Virus record (IMG/VR): IMGVR_UViG_3300015370_001122 | Coordinates: 1 to 34,357 of that record | Reading direction: 5' to 3' (one strand) | DNA: 34,357 nucleotides | From: a virus | Taxonomy: Duplodnaviria > Caudoviricetes | Shown here: positions 16,985 to 26,463 of the stretch, piece by piece | Position numbering within the stretch: the first letter of the stretch is position 1 | How the letters are laid out: every line of letters begins with the position of its first letter | Position numbers and translations under genes: made by a program | The notes under the pieces: generated by a model | Databases searched by the model: none | Seen by the model: only the letters and a program-made list of their open reading frames with translations | Told to the model about the DNA's origin: nothing

Positions 16985-19269
16985 AGCGCGAGCAACTGAA
17001 AAAGCTGCTCGGCAAACGGGGCGTCTCCGGCGTCCGCCTTCGCGAGGCCACCGAGCCCGACATGCTGACCGTCCGCGATCTTCTCCAGGGCAAGATTCGC
17101 GAGGTTCTGAAACTTTCGGGCGACGACGATCCGTGGCCCTACGTCGTCGCGCTTTACGCCGACAATGTCGTCGTCGAGATCGACGGCAAGCTCATGTCCT
17201 ATGGCTACACTATTTCCGGTCAGGACGTGGCGCTCGGCAATCCCGTCGAGGTGACGCGCGAATTCCGCCCGCTCGGCGAGACGCCGCCGCCCGCCGTCCC
17301 AGATACGGCCGCCACACTTGCGGCGACCGTCGTCGAAGCGGTCGACGGCAGCGAGGGCACCTATCTCGTCCGCGTCATTCGCGCGGGCATGAGCGGCAAC
17401 CGGAATTTCTATTCCGACGCGGTTCTCCGCGAAGCCGTATCGCTTTTCGAGGGCGTCCGCGTCTTCGTGAAGTCCGACCTCGAACATCTCCGCGAAGGCG
17501 GGAAGGATGTCCGAAATCTTCTTGGCGCGCTTTCGGAGCCCGTCTTCGTGGAAGGCAAGCTTCCCGACAGCGGCGAAATCCGCGCGCGGCTCACCTTGAT
17601 CGTCGGCGAAGACGATCCGACGGCGATCCGGCTTCGCGAGGCGACCAAGAAGCGTCTCTCGAAACTCTTCGGCCTTTCCATCGACGCGAACGGCTCGGCC
17701 CGCAAGGGAGCGAACGGCGTCCGCGTCCTGGAAGCCTTCACCAAAATCAATTCCGTTGACCTCATCGTAGAGCCCGGCGCGGGCGGCGAGGTCATCTCGT
17801 TCCTTGAAGCGCTGGGAGAAGAAGGAACCAAGGTAATGGATCGCGACGAAATCATCGCGCTTATCCAGGCGAACGCCCCGCACCTGCTGGAAGGCAAGGA
17901 TGTCGCGGCCCTGACCGACGACGAACTGAAAGCACTTCTCGCCACGGCGATGAAGAAGGAAGAGGAAGCGGCCCCCGTTGCCGACAGCACCGCGCTGGTG
18001 GAGGCGGTCGAACGCCGCACGCGCATGCGCGAGGCTGTCAATGCCTCGAAACTGCCCGCCCCGGCGAAGCAGCGCCTCATCGAACGTTTCACCGAAGCGA
18101 AGAGCTTCAGCGATGCGCAGGTGACGCAGGCGATCAAGGACGAAGCCGACTATCTCTCGTCCAGCGGCCTTCGCGGCGGCCATGTGCTCGATCTCGGGGA
18201 CGGCGGACGCTTTGTCGAAAGCGAGTCGCGCCCGGACAAGATCGCGGACATGATCGACGCCTTCTTCGATCCGGCGCACAAGCATCATCGCGATGCCCGC
18301 TCGTTCAAGGAGTGCTACATCGAGATCACGGGCGACCGTCATGTGACGGGCCGCGCCCGCGACGCCGTGCGCCTTGCTGAAGCTCTCGACAGCACCTCCT
18401 TCTCCGAAGTGCTGGGCGACGGCATCCACCGCCGCATGGTGGCCGAGTACCGCAGCGCCGTCGAGTACGACTTCTGGAAGCTCCTTACCGGCACGCCCGT
18501 GCCCGTGAACGACTTCCGCAAGCAGGAGCGCACCCGCATCGGCGGCTATGGCGACATGCCGGCCGTGGCCCAGGGTGCGGACTATGTTGCTCTCAACTCG
18601 CCGACGGACGAGAAGGCGGAGTACGCCGTCACGAAGCGCGGCGGCCTTGAGACGATCACGCTGGAGATGATCAAGAACGACGATGTCGGCGCGGTCCAGC
18701 GTATCCCCGGCAAGCTCGCCCGCGCGGCGAAGCGGACGCTCGCCAAATTCGTCCTGGACTTCATCCGAACGAACCCGGCGATCTACGACACCAAGACTCT
18801 CTTCCATGCCGATCACGCCAACCTTGGGGCTGCGGCACTCGCCGCACAGTCCTATGCGGCAGCCCGGCTTGCGATGGTGTCGCAGGTGGAATATGGCGCG
18901 GCCGATCCGATCGGTGTCGGCCCGAAGTATCTGTGGCTTCCGTCCGGCCTCGAAGAGACGGCCTACAATCTCTTCCAGCGCTCGACGAACAACGACAAGA
19001 CCTTCGTGCAGTCCCTCGTCCCGGAGATCATTCCGGTCTGGTACTGGACGGACCCGAGCGATTGGGCGGTGACGGCGGATGTAGCCGATATCCCGTTCAT
19101 CGAACTCGGCTTCCTGGACGGGAACGAAGAGCCCGAACTCTTTGTCCAGGACAGCCCGACCGTCGGCTCGCTCTTCTCCGCCGACAAGGTGACCTACAAG
19201 CTCCGCCACATCTACGGCGGCAACGTTCTCGACTATCGCGGCGCCTACAAGTCCGTCGTCGTCGACTGA
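16981..19269 (+). CDS. Prohead protease-scaffold-major capsid fusion (gpT-like capsid domain)
   Basis: Protease motifs VIRAG.S.N.NFY, GLSIDA.G, SVDLIVEPGAGG; helical middle region; capsid domain (VNDFR...KRGG...ITLEMIKNDDVGA...LFHADHAN...YKLRHIYGG...DYRG). Confidence 0.88.
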   Translation: MKREQLKKLLGKRGVSGVRLREATEPDMLTVRDLLQGKIREVLKLSGDDDPWPYVVALYADNVVVEIDGKLMSYGYTISGQDVALGNPVEVTREFRPLGETPPPAVPDTAATLAATVVEAVDGSEGTYLVRVIRAGMSGNRNFYSDAVLREAVSLFEGVRVFVKSDLEHLREGGKDVRNLLGALSEPVFVEGKLPDSGEIRARLTLIVGEDDPTAIRLREATKKRLSKLFGLSIDANGSARKGANGVRVLEAFTKINSVDLIVEPGAGGEVISFLEALGEEGTKVMDRDEIIALIQANAPHLLEGKDVAALTDDELKALLATAMKKEEEAAPVADSTALVEAVERRTRMREAVNASKLPAPAKQRLIERFTEAKSFSDAQVTQAIKDEADYLSSSGLRGGHVLDLGDGGRFVESESRPDKIADMIDAFFDPAHKHHRDARSFKECYIEITGDRHVTGRARDAVRLAEALDSTSFSEVLGDGIHRRMVAEYRSAVEYDFWKLLTGTPVPVNDFRKQERTRIGGYGDMPAVAQGADYVALNSPTDEKAEYAVTKRGGLETITLEMIKNDDVGAVQRIPGKLARAAKRTLAKFVLDFIRTNPAIYDTKTLFHADHANLGAAALAAQSYAAARLAMVSQVEYGAADPIGVGPKYLWLPSGLEETAYNLFQRSTNNDKTFVQSLVPEIIPVWYWTDPSDWAVTADVADIPFIELGFLDGNEEPELFVQDSPTVGSLFSADKVTYKLRHIYGGNVLDYRGAYKSVVVD

Positions 19270-19294
19270 CGATCCGCGACTTGCACACGAACAG

Positions 19295-19323
19295 CACCGG
19301 GCGGCCCTCCGCCCGGTGTTTCT
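19295..19323 (+). terminator. Hairpin after the capsid gene (weak terminator or mRNA stabiliser)
   Basis: CACCGGGCGG-CCCT-CCGCCCGGTG perfect 10-bp stem followed by TTTCT. Confidence 0.65.
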
Positions 19324-19345
19324 CCCTCAAAACGGTTCCGGCGCG

Positions 19346-20005
19346 ATGAGAGACGACTTCCTGACGATTACGACCGACCTCCTGCGCGACGAACGCGACC
19401 GCGTGAGCGATGCGCAGCTCGGCCGCGCGCTCGATCTCGCTCTCTCCCAATATGGCAAGGACCGTCCGCGCAAGATCGTGCGCGACGAAACGCTTGTCGC
19501 CGCCTCACGGCTCGCCTGGCCGGCCGACGGCAACGTCTCGGCGATCGAGTATCCGATCGGCAGCATTCCCCCCTCCCTTCTGCCCCGCCAGAGCTGGCAG
19601 CGCTATGACGCGCCGGGCGGCGCGGAACTGATCTTCCCAGGCGGCCTTCCCGCCGGCACGACAATCCGCCTCACCATTCTCGCGGCGCACCTCCTCACCG
19701 TCGAAACCGACACGGTGCCGGAAGCCGATCGCGAGGCGGTGGCGAGCTATGCTGCCGCGCTCCTTTTCGATCAAATGGCGGCCGACACATCGGGCGACGG
19801 CAACCCGCTGATAGCAGCCGATGCAGTGCAGCACGGAACGAAGCCCGACAACTACGCGCGCCGCGCCGAACGGCTGCGCGCGCGGTATTTCGACATTCTC
19901 GGCCTCGATCCGAAGCGCACGCGCCCTGCCAGCGTCACAGTCCCGCAACCGACGGCCGCATCGGACGGCGGGCGGCGCGTGACGCAGCGGAGGCCTCGCC
20001 TGTGA
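19346..20005 (+). CDS. Probable head-tail adaptor
   Basis: Position directly after capsid; 219 aa; IEYPIG..P motif. Confidence 0.55.
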   Translation: MRDDFLTITTDLLRDERDRVSDAQLGRALDLALSQYGKDRPRKIVRDETLVAASRLAWPADGNVSAIEYPIGSIPPSLLPRQSWQRYDAPGGAELIFPGGLPAGTTIRLTILAAHLLTVETDTVPEADREAVASYAAALLFDQMAADTSGDGNPLIAADAVQHGTKPDNYARRAERLRARYFDILGLDPKRTRPASVTVPQPTAASDGGRRVTQRRPRL

Positions 20006-20508
20006 CGGAAGACCTTCGCATATCACCACGCGGCGCGACGATCGAGGCCGCGCTTGAAAAATGCCCGGCGTTCTTTCTTGAGGAAGCCGTCGCGGCGACC
20101 GTCGAGAGCACCATGCTCATCGAGCGCGAGGTGAAGGAGCGGACGCCCACGAGCGGCGCGGCCACCTTGCGCGAAAGCATCGGCGCCATGCCTGTCGTCG
20201 TCACGGCCCATGCCGTGCGCGGCCAGGTGGCGACAAGCCTCGCCTATGCAGCGCCGGTCGAGCTTGGCTCCAAGCCGCATTGGGCGCCCATCGAGCCCCT
20301 GATCGACTGGGTGACGAGGAAGCTCGGCAAGCGCGGCGAGGAAGCCGAAGATGTCGCCCGCGCCATCCGTTTCAAGATCGCCGCGCACGGCACCGAAGGC
20401 GCGCATATGTTCCGCGACGGCGTGAAGGCGGCGGAAGGTCAGGTTGTCGGCTTCTACGAGGCGGCGGCGGCGCGGGCGATCGCACGGCTTGAAGAGGCCG
20501 CCCGATGA
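20002..20508 (+). CDS. HK97 gp10-like neck/tail-completion protein
   Basis: EVKERTP.....LRESI...YAAPVELGSKPHW.P...L..W...GT.G..MF. Confidence 0.8.
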   Translation: MTEDLRISPRGATIEAALEKCPAFFLEEAVAATVESTMLIEREVKERTPTSGAATLRESIGAMPVVVTAHAVRGQVATSLAYAAPVELGSKPHWAPIEPLIDWVTRKLGKRGEEAEDVARAIRFKIAAHGTEGAHMFRDGVKAAEGQVVGFYEAAAARAIARLEEAAR

Positions 20509-21131
20509 CCGGCTCTGCGCAAATCAGGGAAGCAATCGCGGCGCGTCTCGAAACCGTGCCTGCGATCGGGCGCGTTCAACGCTTCGAGCGCTATGCGGCG
20601 AAGGAAGGACCGTTCCGCACCTTCTATGCCTGGGATGATGGCGGCACGACGCATATTCGCGGCTGGCATGTCCGCCGCATCGGGTTCCGCCGCCGCCCGC
20701 ATCTCAACTCGACCGTGCTCGTCACGACGGAATGGCGCATCGCCGGGTTTCTCGCTGTCGTGGACGAGGCGGCGAGCGAAATCGTCATGGATGCACTCGT
20801 GGACGCGGCGACGGCCGCCTTCGCATTGGATCTCACTTTGGGCGGCCTGTTGAACCCTGAGCCTGCCCAGGCGGGCGCGGAGCGCGGGCTCCAGCTTCTC
20901 GAAAGCCGCCCCTACATGTTGGCGGGCGTGCTGTGCCACGGCGTGCAGCTCGGCCTGACGACCGAGCATGTCGAGCGGGAATATGACGAAACCGCGCTCG
21001 CCGATCTCGTCACCATCAATGCCAACTGGGAATTGCCGCCGCGCGATCTCACCGGCCCGGCACTGCCGGACGATGAAGACGCCGCCGCTACCGATCATCT
21101 CACCAACCTCAACCAGGAAGAGGAAAGCTGA
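20505..21131 (+). CDS. Probable tail terminator (Mu gp37-like position)
   Basis: IREAIAARL...IGRV..FERYA; AGVLCH...L; synteny before gp38 and sheath. Confidence 0.6.
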   Translation: MTGSAQIREAIAARLETVPAIGRVQRFERYAAKEGPFRTFYAWDDGGTTHIRGWHVRRIGFRRRPHLNSTVLVTTEWRIAGFLAVVDEAASEIVMDALVDAATAAFALDLTLGGLLNPEPAQAGAERGLQLLESRPYMLAGVLCHGVQLGLTTEHVEREYDETALADLVTINANWELPPRDLTGPALPDDEDAAATDHLTNLNQEEES

Positions 21132-21331
21132 TGAGCGAGACCGCCAAGGTCTGGGTGAAGCCGATGCCCGGCCGTGTCGTCAACATGCCGGGCACGAAGG
21201 AAGAGCTTCCGCCTACCGGGAAGCCCGTGATTTTCACATCGTACTGGCAACGCCGCAAGCGCGACGGTGACATCGAGATCATCGCCGCGCCGAAAGCGCA
21301 AGCCCGTCCGCGCAAGGAAGGAACCGAGTAA
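21131..21331 (+). CDS. DUF2635 (Mu gp38-like) protein
   Basis: VKP.PGR.V..P....LP..G..V....YWQRR..DGDI. Confidence 0.85.
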   Translation: MSETAKVWVKPMPGRVVNMPGTKEELPPTGKPVIFTSYWQRRKRDGDIEIIAAPKAQARPRKEGTE

Positions 21332-22801
21332 ATGGGCGATATCCTCTTCGAGAACATTCCGGTCGATATCCTGACGCCGGGCACTTTTGTCGATTTCGAC
21401 AATTCGCAGGCCAATCAGGGCCTTGCGCTCATGCCGCACCGGATTCTCGTCACCGGCCAGAAGCTCGCCGCCGGCACGGCTGAAACCGACCGGCCCATTC
21501 TCGTCTTCGATCATCGTCAGGCCGCCGCGCTCGGCGGACAGGGCAGCATGGCGCACCGGATGATCCGCTCGTTGAAGCGCGTGAACACCACGACGGAAGT
21601 GTGGGCTGTCTTTTTGGACGACGCGGCGGCAAGCGCGGCGGCGGCCGGATCGCTCAAGTTCTCCGGCCCGGCAACCGCCGCAGGCGTCATCTCGCTCTAT
21701 GTGGCGGGCGAACGTATCCAGGTGGGCGTGGCGGCGACCGATACGGCCGCCGCGATCGCGACGGCCGCAGCGGCAGCGATCAACGCGAATGCCGATCTCC
21801 CGGTGACGGCCGCCGTCGATGGCGTGGATGACACGCTTGTCGTCGTCACGGCGCGGAACAAGGGCGAGGCGGGGAACGATATCGACCTGCGCGCCAACTA
21901 CTACGCGGACGAGAAGCTGCCGGCAGGCGTCGGGATCGTCTTCACCGCGATGGCGGCCGGGGCGGGCAACCCGGACGTGACGGATGTTTTCGCCGCGATT
22001 GGCGACGAATGGTACACGACCTATGTCATGCCCTGGACCGACGCCGCGAACCTCGCGGCGCTCGAAACCGAGCTGCGTCTGCGCTCTGGGCCGATGAAGA
22101 TGATCGACAGCATCGCCTATGCCTGCAAACGAGGATCGCAGGGCACGCTCGCCGCACATGGTCTCACGCGGAACTCGCCCTGGGTGACGACGATCGGCGC
22201 GAACAAGGCGCTCGACACGCCCTGCGAATGGGCGGCGGCCTATGCGGGTGCGGCGGCATTTGCGGCGGGCATCGACCCGGCACAGCCGGTCAGCGACATC
22301 ATCCTGACCGGCCTCAAGCCGCCCGCGAAGCCTGACATCTTCACGCGCGAGGAGCGCGACATCCTGCTTCACAACGGCATCGCCACCTTCACCGTCGATG
22401 CTTCCGGCAATGTCGTCATCGAGCGCGCGATCACCGGCTATCGCCTCGACGGGAACGGTCTCTCCGATCGCTCCTATCTCGACACCGAAACGCTGCGGAC
22501 GCTTTCCTATCTGCGCTACACGCTGCGGGCGCGCTGGAGTGCGCGGTTCCGCCGCAAGAAGCTCGGGCAGGACGGGTCTCGCGGTCCCAACGTCGTGACG
22601 CCGAAGACGCTTCGCGGCGAGCTGATCGCGCTTGCAGGCGACTGGCTCGACATGGGGCTCATCGAAGACATCGAGCAGTTCAAGCGCGACGCCCGCGTCG
22701 AAATCTCCTCGACCGATCCGAACCGCGTGAACGTGCTGGTTCCGGCGAACCTCATCAACCAGCTCCGCGTCACGGCGGCGGGCATCCAGTTCATCCTTTA
22801 A
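21332..22801 (+). CDS. Tail sheath protein (Mu gpL-like)
   Basis: F.NIP.....PG..V.FDNS.A; G.GSM..RM; ER..LL.NGIATF; ER.IT.Y; SYLD.ET..TL. Confidence 0.95.
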   Translation: MGDILFENIPVDILTPGTFVDFDNSQANQGLALMPHRILVTGQKLAAGTAETDRPILVFDHRQAAALGGQGSMAHRMIRSLKRVNTTTEVWAVFLDDAAASAAAAGSLKFSGPATAAGVISLYVAGERIQVGVAATDTAAAIATAAAAAINANADLPVTAAVDGVDDTLVVVTARNKGEAGNDIDLRANYYADEKLPAGVGIVFTAMAAGAGNPDVTDVFAAIGDEWYTTYVMPWTDAANLAALETELRLRSGPMKMIDSIAYACKRGSQGTLAAHGLTRNSPWVTTIGANKALDTPCEWAAAYAGAAAFAAGIDPAQPVSDIILTGLKPPAKPDIFTREERDILLHNGIATFTVDASGNVVIERAITGYRLDGNGLSDRSYLDTETLRTLSYLRYTLRARWSARFRRKKLGQDGSRGPNVVTPKTLRGELIALAGDWLDMGLIEDIEQFKRDARVEISSTDPNRVNVLVPANLINQLRVTAAGIQFIL

Positions 22802-22810
22802 GGAGGCACC

Positions 22811-23170
22811 ATGACGCAGTTTCTCGGCCGGGCGAAAGTCTCGGCCAACGGAAAGACCATCGAGACGGCACCGGGCGCATCGCTCGATCTCGGCGGGACC
22901 AAGAACAACACTGTCGTCGTCGGATCGAAGGTTGGCCGTTCGGAGGAACTCGTTCCCTCCGTCGTCAACTGCACGACCTCGCTTGAGGCGGGCATGTCGC
23001 TCGAAGATTTGCGCAACCTCAAGGACGCGACGGTCATCTTCGAATGCGACACCGGCCAGTCCTATGTCATCCGCAACGCCTTCCGCACCGATACGACGAC
23101 GCTGAAGGACGGTGCGGGCGGCGAAGTCACCCTCGTCATCAATGGCGATCCGGCGGAGGAGCTTCTCTGA
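22811..23170 (+). CDS. Tail tube protein (Mu gpM-like)
   Basis: AAGGAGG RBS; 119 aa after sheath; ATVIFECDTGQSYVI.NA. Confidence 0.88.
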   Translation: MTQFLGRAKVSANGKTIETAPGASLDLGGTKNNTVVVGSKVGRSEELVPSVVNCTTSLEAGMSLEDLRNLKDATVIFECDTGQSYVIRNAFRTDTTTLKDGAGGEVTLVINGDPAEELL

Positions 23171-23529
23171 TGGACAACACGCTCACGCTCGCAAAGCCGC
23201 TGACGCGGAAGACGAAGGACACCGGCGAGGTTGTCGAGAGCATCGACACGCTCACCTTCCGCCCGCTCGTCGCGGGCGATCTCTTCGCCGCCCTGGACGC
23301 AGGCGGCGCTGGCGGCGAGGGCTCGCTCGTTCGCGCGCTTCTCGCCCGCTCGGTCAACATGGCCCACAAGGACATCGACCGCCTCGATCTCGAAGACCTC
23401 GTTGCCGCGATGGAGAGGCTCGAAAGTTTTTTGCCCGCTTCCCTCCGGACTGGAGGGAAGCCATCGGGCTTGTTGCTGGGACTTTCGGGTTCCCGGCCGG
23501 ATGGGAACGATGGGGCCCAGCCGAGCTGA
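23170..23529 (+). CDS. Tail assembly chaperone (gp41/gpE-like), zero-frame product
   Basis: TL.L.KPL...TLTFRP..AGDL...IDRLDLEDL; between tube and tape measure. Confidence 0.85.
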   Translation: MDNTLTLAKPLTRKTKDTGEVVESIDTLTFRPLVAGDLFAALDAGGAGGEGSLVRALLARSVNMAHKDIDRLDLEDLVAAMERLESFLPASLRTGGKPSGLLLGLSGSRPDGNDGAQPS

Positions 23530-23585
23530 GGTTCTGGGTTAGCCAGGCGCGTGCCTGGCAAAAGCGGATCGGAGCCGGAAATTGA
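23427..23585 (+). other. Programmed -1 frameshift site T-TTT-TTG and extension (gpE'-like)
   Basis: GAA AGT TTT TTG at 23422-23433; -1 frame continues ARFPPDWREAIGLVAGTFGFP...WGPAELRFWVSQARAW to TGA 23585. Confidence 0.85.
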
Positions 23586-25264
23586 TCAATCTTGGCGTCA
23601 TTCTGGAGCTTGTCGACCGCGTATCCGCCCCGGCAAGGCGGATCGCGGCCTCCGCGCGCCGGTTGAACGCCGATCTCGGTTTCTCGCGCATCGCCTCTTC
23701 GGCCAGCAAAGTCGGCAAATCCTTTCAGGCCGTCGGCCGCGACGTGTCGACAATGGCAAAGAGGATCGTCGCCGGCGTCGGCATTGTCGGCGGCGCTTTG
23801 TTTGCGCTGACGAAGCGGGCGGCGAGTGCCGGGGATGCGGCGGCGAAGTCGGCCCAGATCGTCGGCATGAGCGCGCGCGAGTGGCAGCGCACGGCCTTCG
23901 CGGCGGAAGCCTATGGCGTTGAAGCGGAGCAACTCAAACAGGGGCTCTTCGATCTCAACAAGCGCACGGTCGAAGCGATCCGGGGCAGTGAAGACGCGCA
24001 AGGCGCGTTCAAGCGCCTCGGCATCGAGCTTCTCGACAACAACGGCAAGGTAAAATCGACTTCGGTTCTCCTCGCCGAAATCTCCGACCGCTTCGCCGCG
24101 ATGCCCGACGATGCGCGGAAAGCCGAAGCCGCCGATCGTCTCTTTGCCGGCGCGGCCTTGCAGCTCATCCCGATCCTCAACAAGGGCTCGGCAGGGCTTC
24201 GCGAGCTGGGCGATGAGGCCGAGCGTCTCGGCTTCGTCATGGGCGATGAAGCCCTCGCGGAGAGCGAAGCCTTCGGCAAGGGCATCGCTCGCCTTCTCGC
24301 CCTGGTAAAGGGGCTCGGCAACATCCTCGCAACGAATCTCCTGCCGATCCTCAATCCGCTCATCGCAAGCATGGGCGACTGGATCGCCGCCAACCGCGAG
24401 ATCATCGACACGAACATCGCGGAATTCGTGCGGCGATTGCCGGACTATTTCAAGACGCTGCTTGAGGTGGTGAAAGGCATCCGCGCCGCCTTCGCGCCCG
24501 GCCTCGCGGCGCTACGCTGGCTTGTCGACCTCATGGGTCCGGCAAATGCCGCGCTCCTCATCATGAGTGTGCTGATCGGCGGCAAGCTGATCTTCTCCGC
24601 CGCCAAACTCATCCTCACTTTCGGCGGGCTTGCAAAGGCGATCGCGCTCACGAGTTTTGCGCTCGGCCGCCTTGCGATTGGCGGACTGATTTCGATGCTC
24701 GGCCACCTCTTCCTCGCCATCAAGGCCGGCGCGGGCATCATGGGTGTGTTCAACGCCGTTCTCGTCGCCAATCCCATCGGCCTCGTCATCGTCGCGGTCG
24801 CGGCGCTCGCGGGCGCCGCCTATCTCATCTACCGGAACTGGGGCGATATCGTTCCCTTCTTCGCCGACGCATTTTCCGCGCTCGCGAAGATGTTCACCGG
24901 CTTCGTGGAGATTGTGGCCGGTCTCTTCACGCTCGATTTCACGCGCGCCTTCGAGGGACTGAAGTCCTTCCTTTCCGGCTGGGTCGACTGGTTCTCCGTT
25001 CTCTTCCGCCCAGTCCTCGCAATCGTGGAGAGCGTCAGCGGCTTCGCCTCCAGGGCGGGAAAGTTCATCGGATTCGGCGGCAATGACGATGTGCCGCCCG
25101 GCGCCCCCACGGGCGCGGCGGCGGTCCCGGTCGCGTCTCGAAGCGAAGTCGGCGGCGAGATGACCGTGACCGTTGAAGACGAGCGGACCCGCGTGAAGCA
25201 GGTGAAATCCAGAAACCCGCGCGTGCCGATCGTCGCCGACACTGGAAAGGCGATGGCATCATGA
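23582..25264 (+). CDS. Tape measure protein
   Basis: TTG start with GGAG RBS; LELVDRVSAP N-terminus; Ala-rich helices; ANPIGLVIVAVAALAGAAYLIYRNW. Confidence 0.92.
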   Translation: MINLGVILELVDRVSAPARRIAASARRLNADLGFSRIASSASKVGKSFQAVGRDVSTMAKRIVAGVGIVGGALFALTKRAASAGDAAAKSAQIVGMSAREWQRTAFAAEAYGVEAEQLKQGLFDLNKRTVEAIRGSEDAQGAFKRLGIELLDNNGKVKSTSVLLAEISDRFAAMPDDARKAEAADRLFAGAALQLIPILNKGSAGLRELGDEAERLGFVMGDEALAESEAFGKGIARLLALVKGLGNILATNLLPILNPLIASMGDWIAANREIIDTNIAEFVRRLPDYFKTLLEVVKGIRAAFAPGLAALRWLVDLMGPANAALLIMSVLIGGKLIFSAAKLILTFGGLAKAIALTSFALGRLAIGGLISMLGHLFLAIKAGAGIMGVFNAVLVANPIGLVIVAVAALAGAAYLIYRNWGDIVPFFADAFSALAKMFTGFVEIVAGLFTLDFTRAFEGLKSFLSGWVDWFSVLFRPVLAIVESVSGFASRAGKFIGFGGNDDVPPGAPTGAAAVPVASRSEVGGEMTVTVEDERTRVKQVKSRNPRVPIVADTGKAMAS

Positions 25265-26463
25265 GCTTTCTCGACAGCCTTCGACCGGCGAGCTTTCGCG
25301 GTGTCGCCTTCTTCGTGGACCTCGCCTCCAAGGAATTCGGCCCGCGCACGGTCTCGCATGGCATGACGCTGCGGACGGAGCCGGTTCACGAGTTTCTAGG
25401 CGCGCTGCCCGAAAGCTTCACCGTCGAAGCCTTGCTCTATGGCGACGATCTCGACGCGCAGTCCCGCGTCTTCGACGCCGCGCTCACCGAACAGGCGATC
25501 GGCCGCCTTGTCCATCCGCTCTATGGCGAGCTGGATGCCGTTGTCATCGGTCCCGTCCGCTCCAGCCTCTCGACGCGCGAAGGCCGCGTGCTGCGCTATT
25601 CGATCCCGTTTCAGCGCGCGGGCGGCGAAGCCTCGCCGACGACGCGGGTCGATACCGTAGCGCGTGTCAATTCGGCGGCGATGCTCGCGAAGACGGCCGT
25701 CATCGACGAATTCGCCAATGCCTTCGCCGCCGCCGGTCAGCATGCGCTAGTCCTCGAAGCGGCGCGGGTCTCGATCACCTCGATCGCTTCCTCGATCCTT
25801 GCGCGGTTCCGGGGCTGGGCCGCTACGTCGATCGTGGCGAACGCCTCCGCTGCGGCCTCACGCCTGGCGAACGCATCCGATGCGCTTCTCGCCACGCCTG
25901 CGGACCTCTCAAGCGAGCTTTACGGCCTCGTCCGGACCGGCGCGCCCGCCGAGCGCGGCCCGGACCTGTTGCTCTCGATCGCGGCGGATGGCGCACTCAC
26001 CTTGCCGGTGGCGCCCGTCACCACACCGGCCCGCGTTCGTGCGGCCGGGAATGATGCCGCGCTCGTCCAGCTCGTGCGCGCGGCGGCGGCGATCGAAGCG
26101 GTCACGGCCGGGACGGTGGCGGGCTGGGAAAGCCGCGATGAGGCCGAGGCGTGGCGGAACGAGGCGGGCGATTTGCTTGCGGCGATCTCGGAAAGCGCGG
26201 CCACGGAAACGACCTGGAAGCGCATGGCCGATCTTCGCGCGGCCGTGACGCGAGATGTCGCGTTGCGGGCGCTGCCGCTGCCACGGTTGCGCACGACCGT
26301 GCCCCGGCAAACGGAAAGCTCCCTCCTCATCGCCTACCGCCTGGACGGCGACGACCTCACGACGCTCTTCGATCGTGCCGCCGAGATCGTAACGCGAAAC
26401 CGCATCCGGCATCCGGGCTTCGTGCCGGGTGGACGTGCGCTGGAGGTGCTTGTCGATGAGTGA
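25261..26463 (+). CDS. DNA circularisation/tail protein (Mu gpN-like)
   Basis: LRPASFRGVAF N-terminus; GRLVHPLYG; RNRIRHPGFVP C-terminus. Confidence 0.92.
   Translation: MSFLDSLRPASFRGVAFFVDLASKEFGPRTVSHGMTLRTEPVHEFLGALPESFTVEALLYGDDLDAQSRVFDAALTEQAIGRLVHPLYGELDAVVIGPVRSSLSTREGRVLRYSIPFQRAGGEASPTTRVDTVARVNSAAMLAKTAVIDEFANAFAAAGQHALVLEAARVSITSIASSILARFRGWAATSIVANASAAASRLANASDALLATPADLSSELYGLVRTGAPAERGPDLLLSIAADGALTLPVAPVTTPARVRAAGNDAALVQLVRAAAAIEAVTAGTVAGWESRDEAEAWRNEAGDLLAAISESAATETTWKRMADLRAAVTRDVALRALPLPRLRTTVPRQTESSLLIAYRLDGDDLTTLFDRAAEIVTRNRIRHPGFVPGGRALEVLVDE

Noticed and set aside
16903-19209. 768-aa minus-strand ORF, and similar ones at 12564-14027, 14141-15613 and 21095-22372
   Set aside because: Antisense shadows of well-supported + strand genes in high-GC DNA; no motifs or RBS
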